The translations under genes were made by a program, and so were the position numbers. 64,000 bases of DNA. It comes from an uncultured Trueperaceae bacterium. Lineage in GTDB: Bacteria; Deinococcota; Deinococci; Deinococcales; Trueperaceae. Of this stretch, positions 30,766 through 41,103 are shown piece by piece. Numbering within the stretch: position 1 is the first letter of the stretch; every line of letters starts with the position of its first letter. The stretch covers positions 181,470 to 245,469 of the forward strand of contig CAWCXJ010000004.1 of assembly GCA_963799485.1 (NCBI GenBank). The letters are read 5' to 3'. The notes below the pieces were generated by a model. It did not search any database. It had not been told where the DNA came from and saw only the letters and a program-made list of their open reading frames with translations.

Positions 30766-31587
30766 ATGGGACGTGCCGAGCAGCGCCGCGTATTTTTGGA
30801 CTTTGCCACCGAACTCGCCTATGACGCCGGGCGGTTGACGCTCGGTTACTTCGGACGCTCGCCTGCGGGTTTGGGGCTCGAGTATAAGGGCGACGCCAGC
30901 CCCGTAACGATTGCCGACCGGGAGGCCGAAGCGCTGATTCGCCGCCGCATCGCGGCGCGGTTTCCCGACCACGCCGTACTGGGCGAAGAGTTTGGTGAAG
31001 CTGAAAAGGGAGCGTCGCACCGCTGGCTCGTTGACCCCATCGACGGGACGAAGGCGTTTGTCCGGGGCGTGCCGCTTTACGGCGTGCTGTTAGGGCTCGA
31101 GATCGACGGGCGGTGTGAAGTCGGCGTCGCGCATTTTCCGGCCCTGGGCGAACTCTGCGCCGCCGCGTCGGGGCTGGGGTGTACCTTAAATGGTCGTCCG
31201 GCGCACGTTTCGGAAAAGAAAACACTCGCTGAAAGCACCGTCGGTTTTACCGATATTAGTAGTTTTACGGCCTATAACCGCGCCGAGGCTTGGACGCGTA
31301 TCGCGGCGGCGGCCTACGACCGCCGGGGCTGGTCGGACGCTTACGGGCACATGCTGGTCGCCACCGGGCGTATGGAAGCGATGTTCGACCCCATCATGAA
31401 CGCGTGGGACTGCGGGCCGTTTCCGGTCTTGTTGCGCGAGGCGGGCGGGTATTTCGGCGACTGGTCGGGGCACGAAACGCTTTACGGCGACGAGGGCCTG
31501 AGTACAACAAAGGCGCTGTTGCCGGCGGTCTTGGAAATTATCGGGGGGCTCGAGACGCCTAAACACCCGACGCGCGAGCCTCTCTGA
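30766..31587 (+). CDS. Inositol monophosphatase family, histidinol-phosphatase (HisN)-like
   Basis: SPVTIAD, GEEFG, WLVDPIDGTKAFVRGVP, WD..P. Confidence 0.88.
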   Translation: MGRAEQRRVFLDFATELAYDAGRLTLGYFGRSPAGLGLEYKGDASPVTIADREAEALIRRRIAARFPDHAVLGEEFGEAEKGASHRWLVDPIDGTKAFVRGVPLYGVLLGLEIDGRCEVGVAHFPALGELCAAASGLGCTLNGRPAHVSEKKTLAESTVGFTDISSFTAYNRAEAWTRIAAAAYDRRGWSDAYGHMLVATGRMEAMFDPIMNAWDCGPFPVLLREAGGYFGDWSGHETLYGDEGLSTTKALLPAVLEIIGGLETPKHPTREPL

Positions 31588-31641
31588 ACTTGCGCCGCGC
31601 GTCTTGGTTCGTTACCCTGTGCCTAACTCGAGGAGGTTCTT

Positions 31642-32058
31642 TTGACCACAAAGGTAAAAGCTGAAAAGACCCGTTCTATTTCTCTTCGCAGTCTGACGCT
31701 CGCTACGCTCGTCGCCGCTGCCAGCGCACTTCTCATCAATGTGCTGCTCTACTTTTTAGGTGACCTCTTCGGCGCGTTTCCACCTTCGGTGCAGGCCCAA
31801 GGGCAACCCTTTACGGTTGTTCCGGTGATTATCGCGAGCTTTTTTCCGGTCGTTGTCGCCGCGCTCGTCTTTTTGCTGCTGGTACGTTTTACGGCTCAGC
31901 CGAAGCGAATATTCTACCTTGTCGCCGCCGTAATTTTTGCCCTGATGATATTCACGCCGTTTACGCTTGCGGGTGCGCCGAGGCTGACGATTGTAATCCT
32001 CGAGCTGATGCACATCGTCGTCGCTACGGGTTCGGTGTGGGCGGTCAGCCGCGCGTAA
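31642..32058 (+). CDS. 4-TM membrane protein (DUF6069-like)
   Basis: GAGGAGG SD, four hydrophobic helices, C-terminal LELMH.V. Confidence 0.7.
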   Translation: MTTKVKAEKTRSISLRSLTLATLVAAASALLINVLLYFLGDLFGAFPPSVQAQGQPFTVVPVIIASFFPVVVAALVFLLLVRFTAQPKRIFYLVAAVIFALMIFTPFTLAGAPRLTIVILELMHIVVATGSVWAVSRA

Positions 32059-32068
32059 CGCCCGGCGC

Positions 32069-33445
32069 TCAGGGCGCGAGCCGTAAACCCTTGGGGTAAA
32101 AGTTCTTTACGGTGCCCTTTACCTGCCGCCCCCAGCCGAGCGCAAACCCCGAAACCGTAACGACAAGCCAGCCGTCTTCGCCGGGGGCCTCGAGCACATC
32201 TCCCTGCAAATACCGCTTTAACTCCGGGCTGTCGGCGTTAAAGTCCAGCGTGCGCGTACCGCTCAGCGCTGTTTGAGTCAGGGCCGGCGCGAGGCTGTGC
32301 GCGGGTTCAAAACGGTTTTTCTTCATCGTCCCCAGCCACAGACCAGCGCGCAGGGTGCGGAGTCCGGTAAGCTCAGGCAGCGCTTCGGGGAGAGCGTAAA
32401 GCTGGTCGCCGCGAAGGGTCAAGGGTGCGTCCGGCATAACTGTGCCGTCAAACGTTTCCCCGCCGAACCTCTCCCAGAGGTCTTTCGCCTGACGGGACAA
32501 CTGCGCGGGTGCCGAGGTTTTACGGCGTGTTTCGGCGCCGGCAACGCGGCTGAGTTTGGCGATGAAGTGCCCTTCACCGGGGCTCAGATGAGGCCAGAAA
32601 CGAGCGGTATGTTCTAAGCTTTTAGCGGGTTCTACTGTCCATTCGGGGCGTCCGGGTGACGCGCCGGGCAGCTCGAGGGGCGCGAGTTCAAACTCCGGAT
32701 TTTTGCCCAAGAACCGCGCGATAACCCTTTCATTTTCTTCCGGCGCAAAGGTGCAGGTGCTGTAAACCAAAGTGCCTCCCGGTTTGACGAGCTGTGCAGC
32801 TTCGGCTAGCAACCCGTCTTGCCGCACCGCACAACTCTCGATAAGATATTCGCGCCACTGCGGTGCGGCTTCGTCCGCTTTACGGAACATGCCTTCACCC
32901 GAACACGGCGCGTCGAGCAGCACCCGGTCGAAAACTGCGCCCCACCTTGCCGCAAGTTTTTGGACACTTTCGCTCGTAATCAGGGCGTGCCGGACGCCGA
33001 GGCGCTCGAGGTTCTCCCCCAAAGCCCGTACTCGTCCCGGTGTTACCTCGTTGGCGACAAGTAAACCCTGATTGTCCATCAGACTCGCCAGCTGCGTCGC
33101 TTTACCGCCCGGCGCTGCCGCCAGATCAAGCACCCACTCGCCCGGTTTTGGGGCTACGGCTACGGCGACCGCCATCGCCGAGGGTTCTTGCAGGTAGTAG
33201 ACGCCCGCACGGTGCAGCGGGTGCAGGCCGGGGCGCGCAGGTTCAGGTAGCAAAAAACCGTCTTTGCACCAGGGGAGGGGCTCGAGCCGCCACGGTGAAA
33301 GCCTTTTGAACGCTTCCGGGGAACATCTCAGCGTATTGACCCGCAAACCGACCCTTGCAGGGTGTTCCAGACTCGCCAGAAATGCGTCCGCCTCGCGGCC
33401 TAAAAGTGCCTGCATCTTCTCGGCAAAACCTCGGAGCACCTTCAC
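32069..33445 (-). CDS. rsmF: RsmF/NOP2-family rRNA m5C methyltransferase
   Basis: YYLQEPSAM, VLDLAAAPGGK, DAPCSGEGMFRK, YSTCT, KNFYPKGLR. Start approximate. Confidence 0.9.
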   Translation of the reverse strand: MKVLRGFAEKMQALLGREADAFLASLEHPARVGLRVNTLRCSPEAFKRLSPWRLEPLPWCKDGFLLPEPARPGLHPLHRAGVYYLQEPSAMAVAVAVAPKPGEWVLDLAAAPGGKATQLASLMDNQGLLVANEVTPGRVRALGENLERLGVRHALITSESVQKLAARWGAVFDRVLLDAPCSGEGMFRKADEAAPQWREYLIESCAVRQDGLLAEAAQLVKPGGTLVYSTCTFAPEENERVIARFLGKNPEFELAPLELPGASPGRPEWTVEPAKSLEHTARFWPHLSPGEGHFIAKLSRVAGAETRRKTSAPAQLSRQAKDLWERFGGETFDGTVMPDAPLTLRGDQLYALPEALPELTGLRTLRAGLWLGTMKKNRFEPAHSLAPALTQTALSGTRTLDFNADSPELKRYLQGDVLEAPGEDGWLVVTVSGFALGWGRQVKGTVKNFYPKGLRLAP

Positions 33446-33501
33446 TCGGCTACACCTACGCACCTCGGCGCGCCCGCACGTCCGCTCACCCTACTTGAAA
33501 C

Positions 33502-33861
33502 TTAAAGCTCGCGTTCACGCCCTACACCGATAAGCGCGTTGAGGGCAGTGCTGATAATCGTCAGCACCAGGGCGGCAATCAGCGTTGTACCAAACCCGGT
33601 CGTCGCCATCGGGGTAAGGGCCACGACGATACCGAGCGTTATGGCGTTGACGACCAGCAAGAAAAGCCCGAGCGTCAAGAGTGTCAGGGGCAGCGTCAGG
33701 AGGATCATGATAGGGCGCACGACGGCGTTCACGAGGCCCAGCACGAGGGCTGCAAGTAAAATCGGCCAGAGGCCCGGTTGGGTAAAGGTGATGCCGGGGA
33801 TGATTTCGGTGGTCAGCCAGAGCGAGGCGGCGTTTAAGAGCCAGCGGAGCAGCAGATACAT
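33502..33861 (-). CDS. Holin-like 4-TM protein (YvlD/DUF360)
   Basis: AALVLGLVNAVVRP...TLPL..LTLGLF.LVVNA. Confidence 0.88.
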   Translation of the reverse strand: MYLLLRWLLNAASLWLTTEIIPGITFTQPGLWPILLAALVLGLVNAVVRPIMILLTLPLTLLTLGLFLLVVNAITLGIVVALTPMATTGFGTTLIAALVLTIISTALNALIGVGREREL

Positions 33862-33924
33862 GCGCCTAGTTTAGCAGGTCGACAGTTACGCAGCGGCTCG
33901 AGTCACTTTGGTTACACTGGCGTT

Positions 33925-34185
33925 ATGTTCTACACCCTCGAGCGCTTTGAAGACGCAGGTTCGGCGGTACTCGAGACCGAAACCGGCGACTCACTCGTCG
34001 TCCCCCAAGACGAGTTGCCACCGGCGGCGCGTGAAGGTGACGTTCTTGCCAAACTGCCTTGGTACCGCCGCGGCACGGTCCGTTACACGGTTGACGAGGC
34101 GCTTACAGCCGCGCGCCGCCGCGAAAGCGAACAGCTCCGCGCCGAACTGCCTGTACTTCAAGACAAAGGCGATATAGAGTTGTGA
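33925..34185 (+). CDS. DUF3006 family protein
   Basis: LERFED..AVLE......LP..AREGDVL. Stop overlaps the next start. Confidence 0.8.
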   Translation: MFYTLERFEDAGSAVLETETGDSLVVPQDELPPAAREGDVLAKLPWYRRGTVRYTVDEALTAARRRESEQLRAELPVLQDKGDIEL

Positions 34186-35225
34186 ACCGGCGTGGCTTAG
34201 ATTGGTGTGTGATAAAGCGAACCGTCAGGTACCTCTTACCCCTACTGCTGATCGGTCTACTCGTAAGCTGCGAAAACTCGTCCGAACGTCTGACGCTGAC
34301 TTTTATCGACGTAGGCCAAGGTGACGCGGTTTTAATCCGCAGCCCCTCGGGTCAAAACGTCCTTTACGACGGCGGCAGACCGACAGAAGCGGTGCTTGCC
34401 TATCTGCAGTCGGTCGGCGTCACCTCGCTCGAGCTAGTCATCGCCTCACACGCCGACGCCGACCACATCGGCGGCTTGGAGGCGGTCGTGCGCGCCTACC
34501 AACCCCGGCTCTTTATGGATAACGGCCTGCCGCACGATACCCAGACCTACCGGGGACTCTTGCGGGCCGTGCAAGGCGCAGGCTCGCAGCTCGTGCCGCC
34601 GACGGCGCGGCGCATCGGTTTGGGTGACGCGTCGCTTCAGGTTATCCCGCCACCAGACGACCCCGGCCTGGGTAGCAACGACCACAGCGTCGGGATTATT
34701 GTCACTTACGGCAAATTTCGAGCTGCGCTCACCGGCGACGCCGAAGAACCGGAGCTTGCATGGTGGTCGGGAAACGTTCCTGAACTCTTGGAACCGGTCA
34801 CAGTCTATAAGGCGGCGCACCACGGCTCGCCGAACGGCGACAGTCAAGAGAGTATGGCGACGTTCAAACCCGAAACGGTCGTGATTTCAGTAGGCCGCGA
34901 TAACGCTTACGGACACCCGTCGGCAGAGGCGCTGAAGCTCTACAAAGACGCAGGTGCGGAGGTCTACCGTACCGACCAGAGTGGCACCATCAGCATCTCG
35001 GCAGCGCAGGGCGGCAACTATCAGGTGAACGTAAGCCCTACGTCTACAAATACGGAGGCTGAGCGTACAGAGTTCACGGGTACGTCGTCAGACGATACCG
35101 ACCGTAACTGTAGCGATTTTGGGACACAGGCCGAAGCACAAGCGTTTTTCGAGGCGGCGGGGCCGGGCGATCCGAACCGGCTCGACGGCAATGGCGACGG
35201 AGTGGTCTGTACGTCTCTGCCTTGA
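34182..35225 (+). CDS. ComEC/Rec2-like MBL-fold hydrolase lipoprotein with Excalibur Ca-binding domain
   Basis: LVSC lipobox, IDVGQGDA, SHADADHIGG, AHHGS, N.YGHP, DRNCSDF...RLDGNGDGVVC. Confidence 0.88.
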   Translation: MNRRGLDWCVIKRTVRYLLPLLLIGLLVSCENSSERLTLTFIDVGQGDAVLIRSPSGQNVLYDGGRPTEAVLAYLQSVGVTSLELVIASHADADHIGGLEAVVRAYQPRLFMDNGLPHDTQTYRGLLRAVQGAGSQLVPPTARRIGLGDASLQVIPPPDDPGLGSNDHSVGIIVTYGKFRAALTGDAEEPELAWWSGNVPELLEPVTVYKAAHHGSPNGDSQESMATFKPETVVISVGRDNAYGHPSAEALKLYKDAGAEVYRTDQSGTISISAAQGGNYQVNVSPTSTNTEAERTEFTGTSSDDTDRNCSDFGTQAEAQAFFEAAGPGDPNRLDGNGDGVVCTSLP

Positions 35226-35505
35226 GCTGTGCAGCGCGGGTTGCAAGGTTTGGAGACTCGGCGGACGTGGCGTTGCGGACTAAGTATGTACTTAAATACT
35301 TGGATAGATACTTAGTTGAGGGACTGAGCCGGTCTTTCGGCAAGCGGCTTGTAGCTTGTCGAAAGACCACGCGCTACCGACAAGCCACGAACTCTCGTAC
35401 GCTCTGCGTAATGTGATTGCTGTACTCCTAAAGATAGACCTCGGCAGTTGCCTTTTGGCCGACGACGTGCGTTCGTTGCCGGTACACACTGGGAACTGAA
35501 AGGAG

Positions 35506-35740
35506 TTGAAAGCCGTGCCTCACGCCACGTCCTATCCCGAACCACGGGGCGGCAAATTCCTCTTCGCGTCCAGGCTTATGGTCCCCCTGTGGGCGGTCGT
35601 TCACGTCTATCTCGGCTGGCTGTGGCTCAGCTCGGACTGGGGCAAAGCGACCAGTCCCGCCTGGGTCGGCGCTGAGGCCGGGGTTGCCGTCACCAGTTTT
35701 TAAGCCGCGCCCTCACCCTCGCCGGGGGTGAACGTCCGAC
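35506..35740 (+). pseudogene. Truncated DoxX/DoxD-like membrane protein
   Basis: YPEP...FLFA...PLW...VYLGW.WL...W.K..SPAWVG..AG.AVTSF, then a frameshift in a T-run and loss of similarity. Confidence 0.55.
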
Positions 35741-35977
35741 CAGGCTCGGCGCGCCGCGTTTTGGCAACGCGCCCGCTGCAAGAAGCTCTCGGTCAAGCAG
35801 AGCCGACACCTAGAACCGAACCGGCGCCGAACTCACCTTGGAGCAGGTGCCCGTAGGCTCGTAGCAGTTTTTCAAGCTGCTTGCCACGAGCCGTAAACCT
35901 CACAGGTAAGCGAAGAAGCGTTAAAGCCAAACTCGCAAACGCCGGTCGAGCAACCGGCACGAATTGGGGGAACTCGC

Positions 35978-37303
35978 ATGAACAGTCGACAAGCCGTCAC
36001 CGACACGGCCCGTACAGACACGACCCGCACCAAACAGCTGACCTTGCGGCTACTCGAGCGCGTCCTGCCCGAAGAGCGACCCTTTGCGGTCAGGCTGTGG
36101 GACGGCACCGTGCTGCCCGCCGCGTTGCCGCCCGGCAGCGACGCGGCGGCGACGCTGGTGCTCCGCGACGAAACCGCGCTGGGCGCAATGCTGCAACTGC
36201 CGCTCGACCTGCATATGGGCGAAGCCTACGTGCGCGGCGACCTCGAGATAGAAGGCGAGGTCGAGACGGTCTTCGGCTTGCTCGAGCACGCCCGGCTGGG
36301 GCTGTCGCCGCTCGACTGGGTCGGGCTGACCACAGAAGCGGCGGCCCTGCGCCGCCACAGCGCGCGCCCCGACGCACTGGCGGCCAGGGTGCGCGGGCGC
36401 AAGCACTCGCGCGCGCGCGACCGCCAGGCGGTCAGCTTTCACTACGACCTCTCCAACGCCTTTTACAAACTGTGGCTGGACGAGCGCATGGTCTACTCCT
36501 GCGGCTACTTTCCCGCCGGAAACGAGACCCTGGACGAGGCGCAGACGGCCAAGCTCGAGCTTATCTGCCGCAAGCTGCGCCTTGCGCCCGGCGAGCGGCT
36601 TTTAGACATCGGCTGCGGCTGGGGCGGCCTGGTCGCTTACGCCGCCGAGCACTACGGGGTGCGCGCCGTGGGCGTCACCCTTTCCGAACGGCAGCTCGCG
36701 GAGGCCGAGGCGCGCCTGCGGGCGACGGGTCTGGCGGAGCAGGTCGAGCTGAGGCTGCAAGACTACCGCGACCTGACCGGAACCTTCGACAAAATCGTCA
36801 GCGTCGGCATGGCCGAGCATGTCGGCGACGAGAAGATAGGCGGCTACTTCCGCACCGTCTGGGAGCACCTAAAGCCGGGCGGCCTGATGCTCAACCACGC
36901 CATCTCTCGGGGGCCGCGCCCGTCGGTGGTGGACGCGCGCGTGGTGTCGGGCGAGTTCATGCGCCGCTACGTCTTTCCCGACGGCGAAATCCTGCCGCTG
37001 TGGCGGAGCCTGCAAGCGGCTGAAGCGGTGGGCTTCGAAGTGCGCGACGTCGAGGACTGGCGCGAGCACTACGCCCGGACCCTGCGCCACTGGGCGCAGC
37101 GGCTCGAGGCCCACCGAGACGAGGCCATAGCCGAGGTGGGGCTCGAGCGCGCCCGCTTGTGGCGGCTTTACTTGCACGGCTGCGCTCACCAGTTCGCCTA
37201 CGCGCGCCTCGCCATCCACCAGGCGCTCCTCGCCAAACCCGGCGCGAACGGTCAGGTCGCCCTGCCCGCCTCTCGAGCCGACCTCTACCGGGACGAGCAC
37301 TAG
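35978..37303 (+). CDS. Cyclopropane-fatty-acid synthase family SAM methyltransferase
   Basis: HYDLSNAFY.LWLD..M.YSC.YF, LLDIGCGWG, SVGMAEHVG, YVFPDG. Confidence 0.92.
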   Translation: MNSRQAVTDTARTDTTRTKQLTLRLLERVLPEERPFAVRLWDGTVLPAALPPGSDAAATLVLRDETALGAMLQLPLDLHMGEAYVRGDLEIEGEVETVFGLLEHARLGLSPLDWVGLTTEAAALRRHSARPDALAARVRGRKHSRARDRQAVSFHYDLSNAFYKLWLDERMVYSCGYFPAGNETLDEAQTAKLELICRKLRLAPGERLLDIGCGWGGLVAYAAEHYGVRAVGVTLSERQLAEAEARLRATGLAEQVELRLQDYRDLTGTFDKIVSVGMAEHVGDEKIGGYFRTVWEHLKPGGLMLNHAISRGPRPSVVDARVVSGEFMRRYVFPDGEILPLWRSLQAAEAVGFEVRDVEDWREHYARTLRHWAQRLEAHRDEAIAEVGLERARLWRLYLHGCAHQFAYARLAIHQALLAKPGANGQVALPASRADLYRDEH

Positions 37304-37357
37304 AGGAGCACTCTCTACCGCAACCTCTATCAGAAAACCCCTGTTAGAAAAACCTCT

Positions 37358-37422
37358 ATCAAAAGATGTAGGCCGCGCGCTGACCAATGAGGGTCGGCAG
37401 CGGGGGCTGCTGCGGTCATACT
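37358..37422 (+). promoter_or_regulatory. Promoter copy A (TGACC-N6-GGTCG box, N20, CATACT)
   Basis: Ungapped similarity to 50355-50419, including an identical CTGACCAATGAGGGTCG. Confidence 0.7.
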
Positions 37423-37528
37423 ACTCCCGTGCCCGGCTTAGGGGAGCGCTTGGGGCTCGACATTCCGACCGGAAAAGGCGCTGGCTAGCCCTAAGTCCCA
37501 GGTTTCAAGTTCGTTGAGGAGATAAGCG

Positions 37529-38716
37529 ATGAGTGAACCCAAAGACACGATTTTACTCACCGGCGCCAGTGGCCGGCTCGGCTACCCCGTGGTAAAGCGC
37601 TTGACGGAGTCGTTCAACGTCGTCGGCTTCGACCGCCGCGCGCCGTCGCACCCGCCGCCGAGCGCCGAGTGCCTGTACGTGGACCTGGCGTCCGATGAGA
37701 GCGTCCGCCGCGGCTTGCAGGCCGTCCGCGAGCTGCACGGCAACCGCCTCGCCTCGGTGATTCACCTGGCCGCCTACTACGACTTTTCCGGCGCGCCGAG
37801 CCCGCTCTACGACAAGGTGACGGTGCGCGGCACCGAGCGCCTGCTGCGGCTGTTGCAGGATTTCGAGGTCGAGCAGTTCATCTTTTCCAGCACCGACCTG
37901 GTGCACGCCCCCTCCGCGCCGGGGCAGCGTATCAACGAAGATTCGCCGCTCGAGCCCACCTGGCCTTACCCGGAGTCCAAAGTCAAGACCGAGCAGGTCA
38001 TCCGCGCCGAGCGCGGCGACATCCCCAGCGTCGTCCTGCGCGTCGCCGGCGTTTACGACGACCTGTGCCACTCGATTCCGCTGGCGCAGCAGATCCAGCG
38101 CATCTACGAGCACGACCTCACCGCCTATCTCTTTCCCGGCGACGTCACCACCGGTCGCCAGGCCTACGTGCACAACGACGACGTGGTGGAGTCGATTTTG
38201 CTCGCGGTGGCGCGCCGCCACGAACTGCCGCCCGAGCTGACGCTGCTCATCGGCGAGCCCGACTCGCCCAGTTACGACGAGTTGCAGCGCGCCTTCGGCA
38301 AGCTCATCCACGGACAGGACTGGAAGACCTACTCCCTGCCCAAGCCGCTCGCCAAAGCGGGCGCGTGGGCGCAGGAGACACTGCCGCTGGGCCGACCGCC
38401 CTTTATCAAGCCGTGGATGATCGACCTCGCCAACGACAACGTCGAACTCGACGTCACGCGCGCCCGCACCGTTTTGGGCTGGACGCCCGAGCACGCGCTG
38501 CGCGACACGCTGCCGCGCATGATACCGCCGCTCAAGGCCGACCCTGCAGCGTGGTACAGGGAAAACGAGATCACGCCGCCGCTGTGGCTGCGCGAGTTGA
38601 CGCCTGCCGCGCCGGCGGGCGCGCTGGGGCGGCATGAACTGATGGCCCTGGGCGAGCAACTGGGCCACGACGCCCGGGGTCATAACTCCCAAGGCCACGA
38701 CTCGAAAGGACGATGA
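37529..38716 (+). CDS. NAD-dependent epimerase/dehydratase
   Basis: LTGASGRLG, VIHLAAYYDF, YPESK. GAGGAG SD present. Confidence 0.88.
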   Translation: MSEPKDTILLTGASGRLGYPVVKRLTESFNVVGFDRRAPSHPPPSAECLYVDLASDESVRRGLQAVRELHGNRLASVIHLAAYYDFSGAPSPLYDKVTVRGTERLLRLLQDFEVEQFIFSSTDLVHAPSAPGQRINEDSPLEPTWPYPESKVKTEQVIRAERGDIPSVVLRVAGVYDDLCHSIPLAQQIQRIYEHDLTAYLFPGDVTTGRQAYVHNDDVVESILLAVARRHELPPELTLLIGEPDSPSYDELQRAFGKLIHGQDWKTYSLPKPLAKAGAWAQETLPLGRPPFIKPWMIDLANDNVELDVTRARTVLGWTPEHALRDTLPRMIPPLKADPAAWYRENEITPPLWLRELTPAAPAGALGRHELMALGEQLGHDARGHNSQGHDSKGR

Positions 38717-40368
38717 AGATGAACTCACCACGCGCCAGTGACGCCAGCCCGCCGGCTATGAAGATGGGCACGGAGATGGGCAAGGCCGACGCGGACGCCG
38801 AAGTCCGCGCCAAAGAGGAGCAGCTCGAGCGCTTGCGCGCGCAACAAACGCAGTTGGCCGAGGCCTACCGCCGCGAAGTGGCCGCGCAGAAAGAAGAGGA
38901 CGCCAGGGCGCGCGAGCTGATGGAGCGCGACGTACCCGGACACGTCGCGATGATGAAGCCGGCGCAAGAGCACCGACGCCTGGCGCTCGAGCTGCCGCGC
39001 GCGCTGCTGCAACGCGAAGCGCAGGTCTACCAGGAGCTGCAAAGCGCGCAGGCGGCGGCGCGCGCCGAGGCACCGTCTACCCCCGCGCTGATGGGCCAGA
39101 TGGTGAAGATGGCGCCCTGGTCACAGATTCCCCTGCTGGTGCTGGGCGCGTGGTTGCTGGTCAGCCCCTTCACGCTCGGCTATCAGAGCGTGCCGCTCAT
39201 CTGGAACGACATGATCAGCGGCCTTTTGGTGATAGGGCTGGCGCTGACCACCTTTCGCAGCGGGCGCGCCAGCACCGCGTGGGCGAACACGGTGGTGGGC
39301 CTGTGGGTGGCCCTGGCCCCGCTCGTTTTCTGGGCACCGGACGCCGCCGCCTACGCCAACGACACGCTGGTGGGCATGCTCGTGGTCGCCTTTGCCGTGC
39401 TGGTGCCCATGAAGATGCAGATGCCGGGACCCGACGTGCCGCTCGGCTGGTCGTACAACCCGGCGTCGTGGCTCCAGCGCGCGCCCATCTTGGTCCTGGC
39501 CCTGCTCAACTTTTTCATGTCGCGCTACATGGCGGCGTTCCAGTTGGACCACATCGCCTGGGCCTGGGACCCGGTCTTCGGCGACGGCACGGTGCTGGTG
39601 CTCGGTTCGGCCGTCTCGAGGGCCTTTCCCGTCTCGGACGCGGGGCTGGGCTCCTACACCTATCTGGTCGAGCTGCTGGCGGGCTTTATGGGGGACCCGC
39701 GCCGCTGGCGCACGATGCCGTGGATGGTCGCCCTCTTCGGCTTCATGGTGGTGCCGCTCGGCATCGTCAGCGTGGTGCTGATTATTTTGCAGCCGGTGGT
39801 CGTGGGCGCCTGGTGCACCCTGTGTCTGCTGACCGCGCTCTTCATGCTGATCATGGTCACGCTCTCGCTCGACGAGGTGATCGCGATGATCCAGTACTTG
39901 GTGCAGACCCGGCGCGCGGGCAACTCCGTGTGGCGCACCTTCTGGCTCGGCGGGGACGCGCTGAGCGGCGACTCGACGCCGCAGCGCCGCGCGACGACGC
40001 CGACGCGCGAGATGTTCTGGGGGGCGACGCTACCCTGGAACCTGCTGGTGAGCGCGGCGCTGGGCGCGTGGCTGATGGCCTCGCCCGCCATCTTCCAGAC
40101 CCAGGGCGGCGCGGCGCACAGCGACCACATCCTCGGCGCGCTGGTCGTGACGGTCGCCATCGTCGCTTTTGCAGAAGTGGCGCGCGCCGCAAGGTTTATC
40201 AACATCGCGCTGGCGCTCGCCATCATCGTGTTGCCCTGGCTGCTCGGCGGCGGCACGCTGCTGGCGGGCTTGAACGCGCTTGTCGTCGGCCTGCTCATCA
40301 TCGCGCTGAGCGTCCCGCCGGGCAAGGTCAGGAACACCTACGGCGGCTGGAACGCGCTCATCGTCTGA
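38713..40368 (+). CDS. SPW-repeat / VKOR family membrane protein
   Basis: LGAWLLVSP repeats, SDAGLG, WCTLC redox motif, Met-rich coiled-coil N-terminus. Confidence 0.85.
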   Translation: MKMNSPRASDASPPAMKMGTEMGKADADAEVRAKEEQLERLRAQQTQLAEAYRREVAAQKEEDARARELMERDVPGHVAMMKPAQEHRRLALELPRALLQREAQVYQELQSAQAAARAEAPSTPALMGQMVKMAPWSQIPLLVLGAWLLVSPFTLGYQSVPLIWNDMISGLLVIGLALTTFRSGRASTAWANTVVGLWVALAPLVFWAPDAAAYANDTLVGMLVVAFAVLVPMKMQMPGPDVPLGWSYNPASWLQRAPILVLALLNFFMSRYMAAFQLDHIAWAWDPVFGDGTVLVLGSAVSRAFPVSDAGLGSYTYLVELLAGFMGDPRRWRTMPWMVALFGFMVVPLGIVSVVLIILQPVVVGAWCTLCLLTALFMLIMVTLSLDEVIAMIQYLVQTRRAGNSVWRTFWLGGDALSGDSTPQRRATTPTREMFWGATLPWNLLVSAALGAWLMASPAIFQTQGGAAHSDHILGALVVTVAIVAFAEVARAARFINIALALAIIVLPWLLGGGTLLAGLNALVVGLLIIALSVPPGKVRNTYGGWNALIV

Positions 40369-40449
40369 GCCGACAAGCGCCCGCCCGGTGGCTTGGACGG
40401 TCGCGCTCGAGTGCTTAAGACGCAAGCGACACAAAAGGGAGTGTAGAAC

Positions 40450-41103
40450 GTGAGAACACCTCGGGGTAGCAGAGGGGACGGTAAAGCTGTGACGGATAAA
40501 AAAGCAGTGACGGGGACGACGGCGCGTCCCGACACGTTGCGCGGCAAACCCAGCGTCGGCATGACCGGCCTGCTCGTCGTAAACCTGGTGGTCGGCTACG
40601 AATGGTTTATGTCCGGCCTCGTCAAGTTTGTGCGCGGCGGCTTTCCCACCGGGCTCGCCGCCGAGTTGCTGGAGAAGTCCGAAGGCGCGCCCGGCTGGTA
40701 CCGCAGTTTGATGATGAGCGCGTTTATCCCCAACGCCCAGCGCTTCGGCTACGTTATCGAGACCGCCGAATTGCTCGCCGGGCTTACCCTGATCCTCGGC
40801 GCGCTCATTTGGCTCTTCGCCTGGGAGCGCGTTTCCGACCGGGTACGCGCAACCGTCCACATAGCCATCGCCACCGCCGCTATCGGCGCGACGTTTTTGG
40901 TTATCAACCTCCACCTCGCCAACGGCGCGTCACACCCCTGGCTCATTCCTGGGAGCGGCTTTGACGAGGGCATCGACCTCGACAGTCTGCTGCCGGCCTT
41001 TCAGATCGTAATCGCGACGGTCTGTTTCATCGACCTCAAACGCCTCCGGCAAACCAGAGAGGCCCATAAGACCCTGCCTGCGGAAGAGCGCCTGAGCGCG
41101 TAG
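40450..41103 (+). CDS. DoxX-like membrane protein
   Basis: GYEWFMSGLVK..GGF...WY......AELLAGL. Start uncertain. Confidence 0.7.
   Translation: MRTPRGSRGDGKAVTDKKAVTGTTARPDTLRGKPSVGMTGLLVVNLVVGYEWFMSGLVKFVRGGFPTGLAAELLEKSEGAPGWYRSLMMSAFIPNAQRFGYVIETAELLAGLTLILGALIWLFAWERVSDRVRATVHIAIATAAIGATFLVINLHLANGASHPWLIPGSGFDEGIDLDSLLPAFQIVIATVCFIDLKRLRQTREAHKTLPAEERLSA

Noticed and set aside
33502..33861. Holin-family gene as evidence of a prophage
   Set aside because: YvlD/DUF360 proteins are common chromosomal genes, and no phage genes are nearby.
34182..35225. ComEC-like gene as a DNA-uptake channel
   Set aside because: Only the MBL domain plus Excalibur is present, with no multi-TM competence domain.
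37310..37370. Short repeats here and at 50320-50370 and 35281-35320 as CRISPR or iterons
   Set aside because: Only 2-3 imperfect 12-16-bp units, no unique spacers, and no cas or rep gene.
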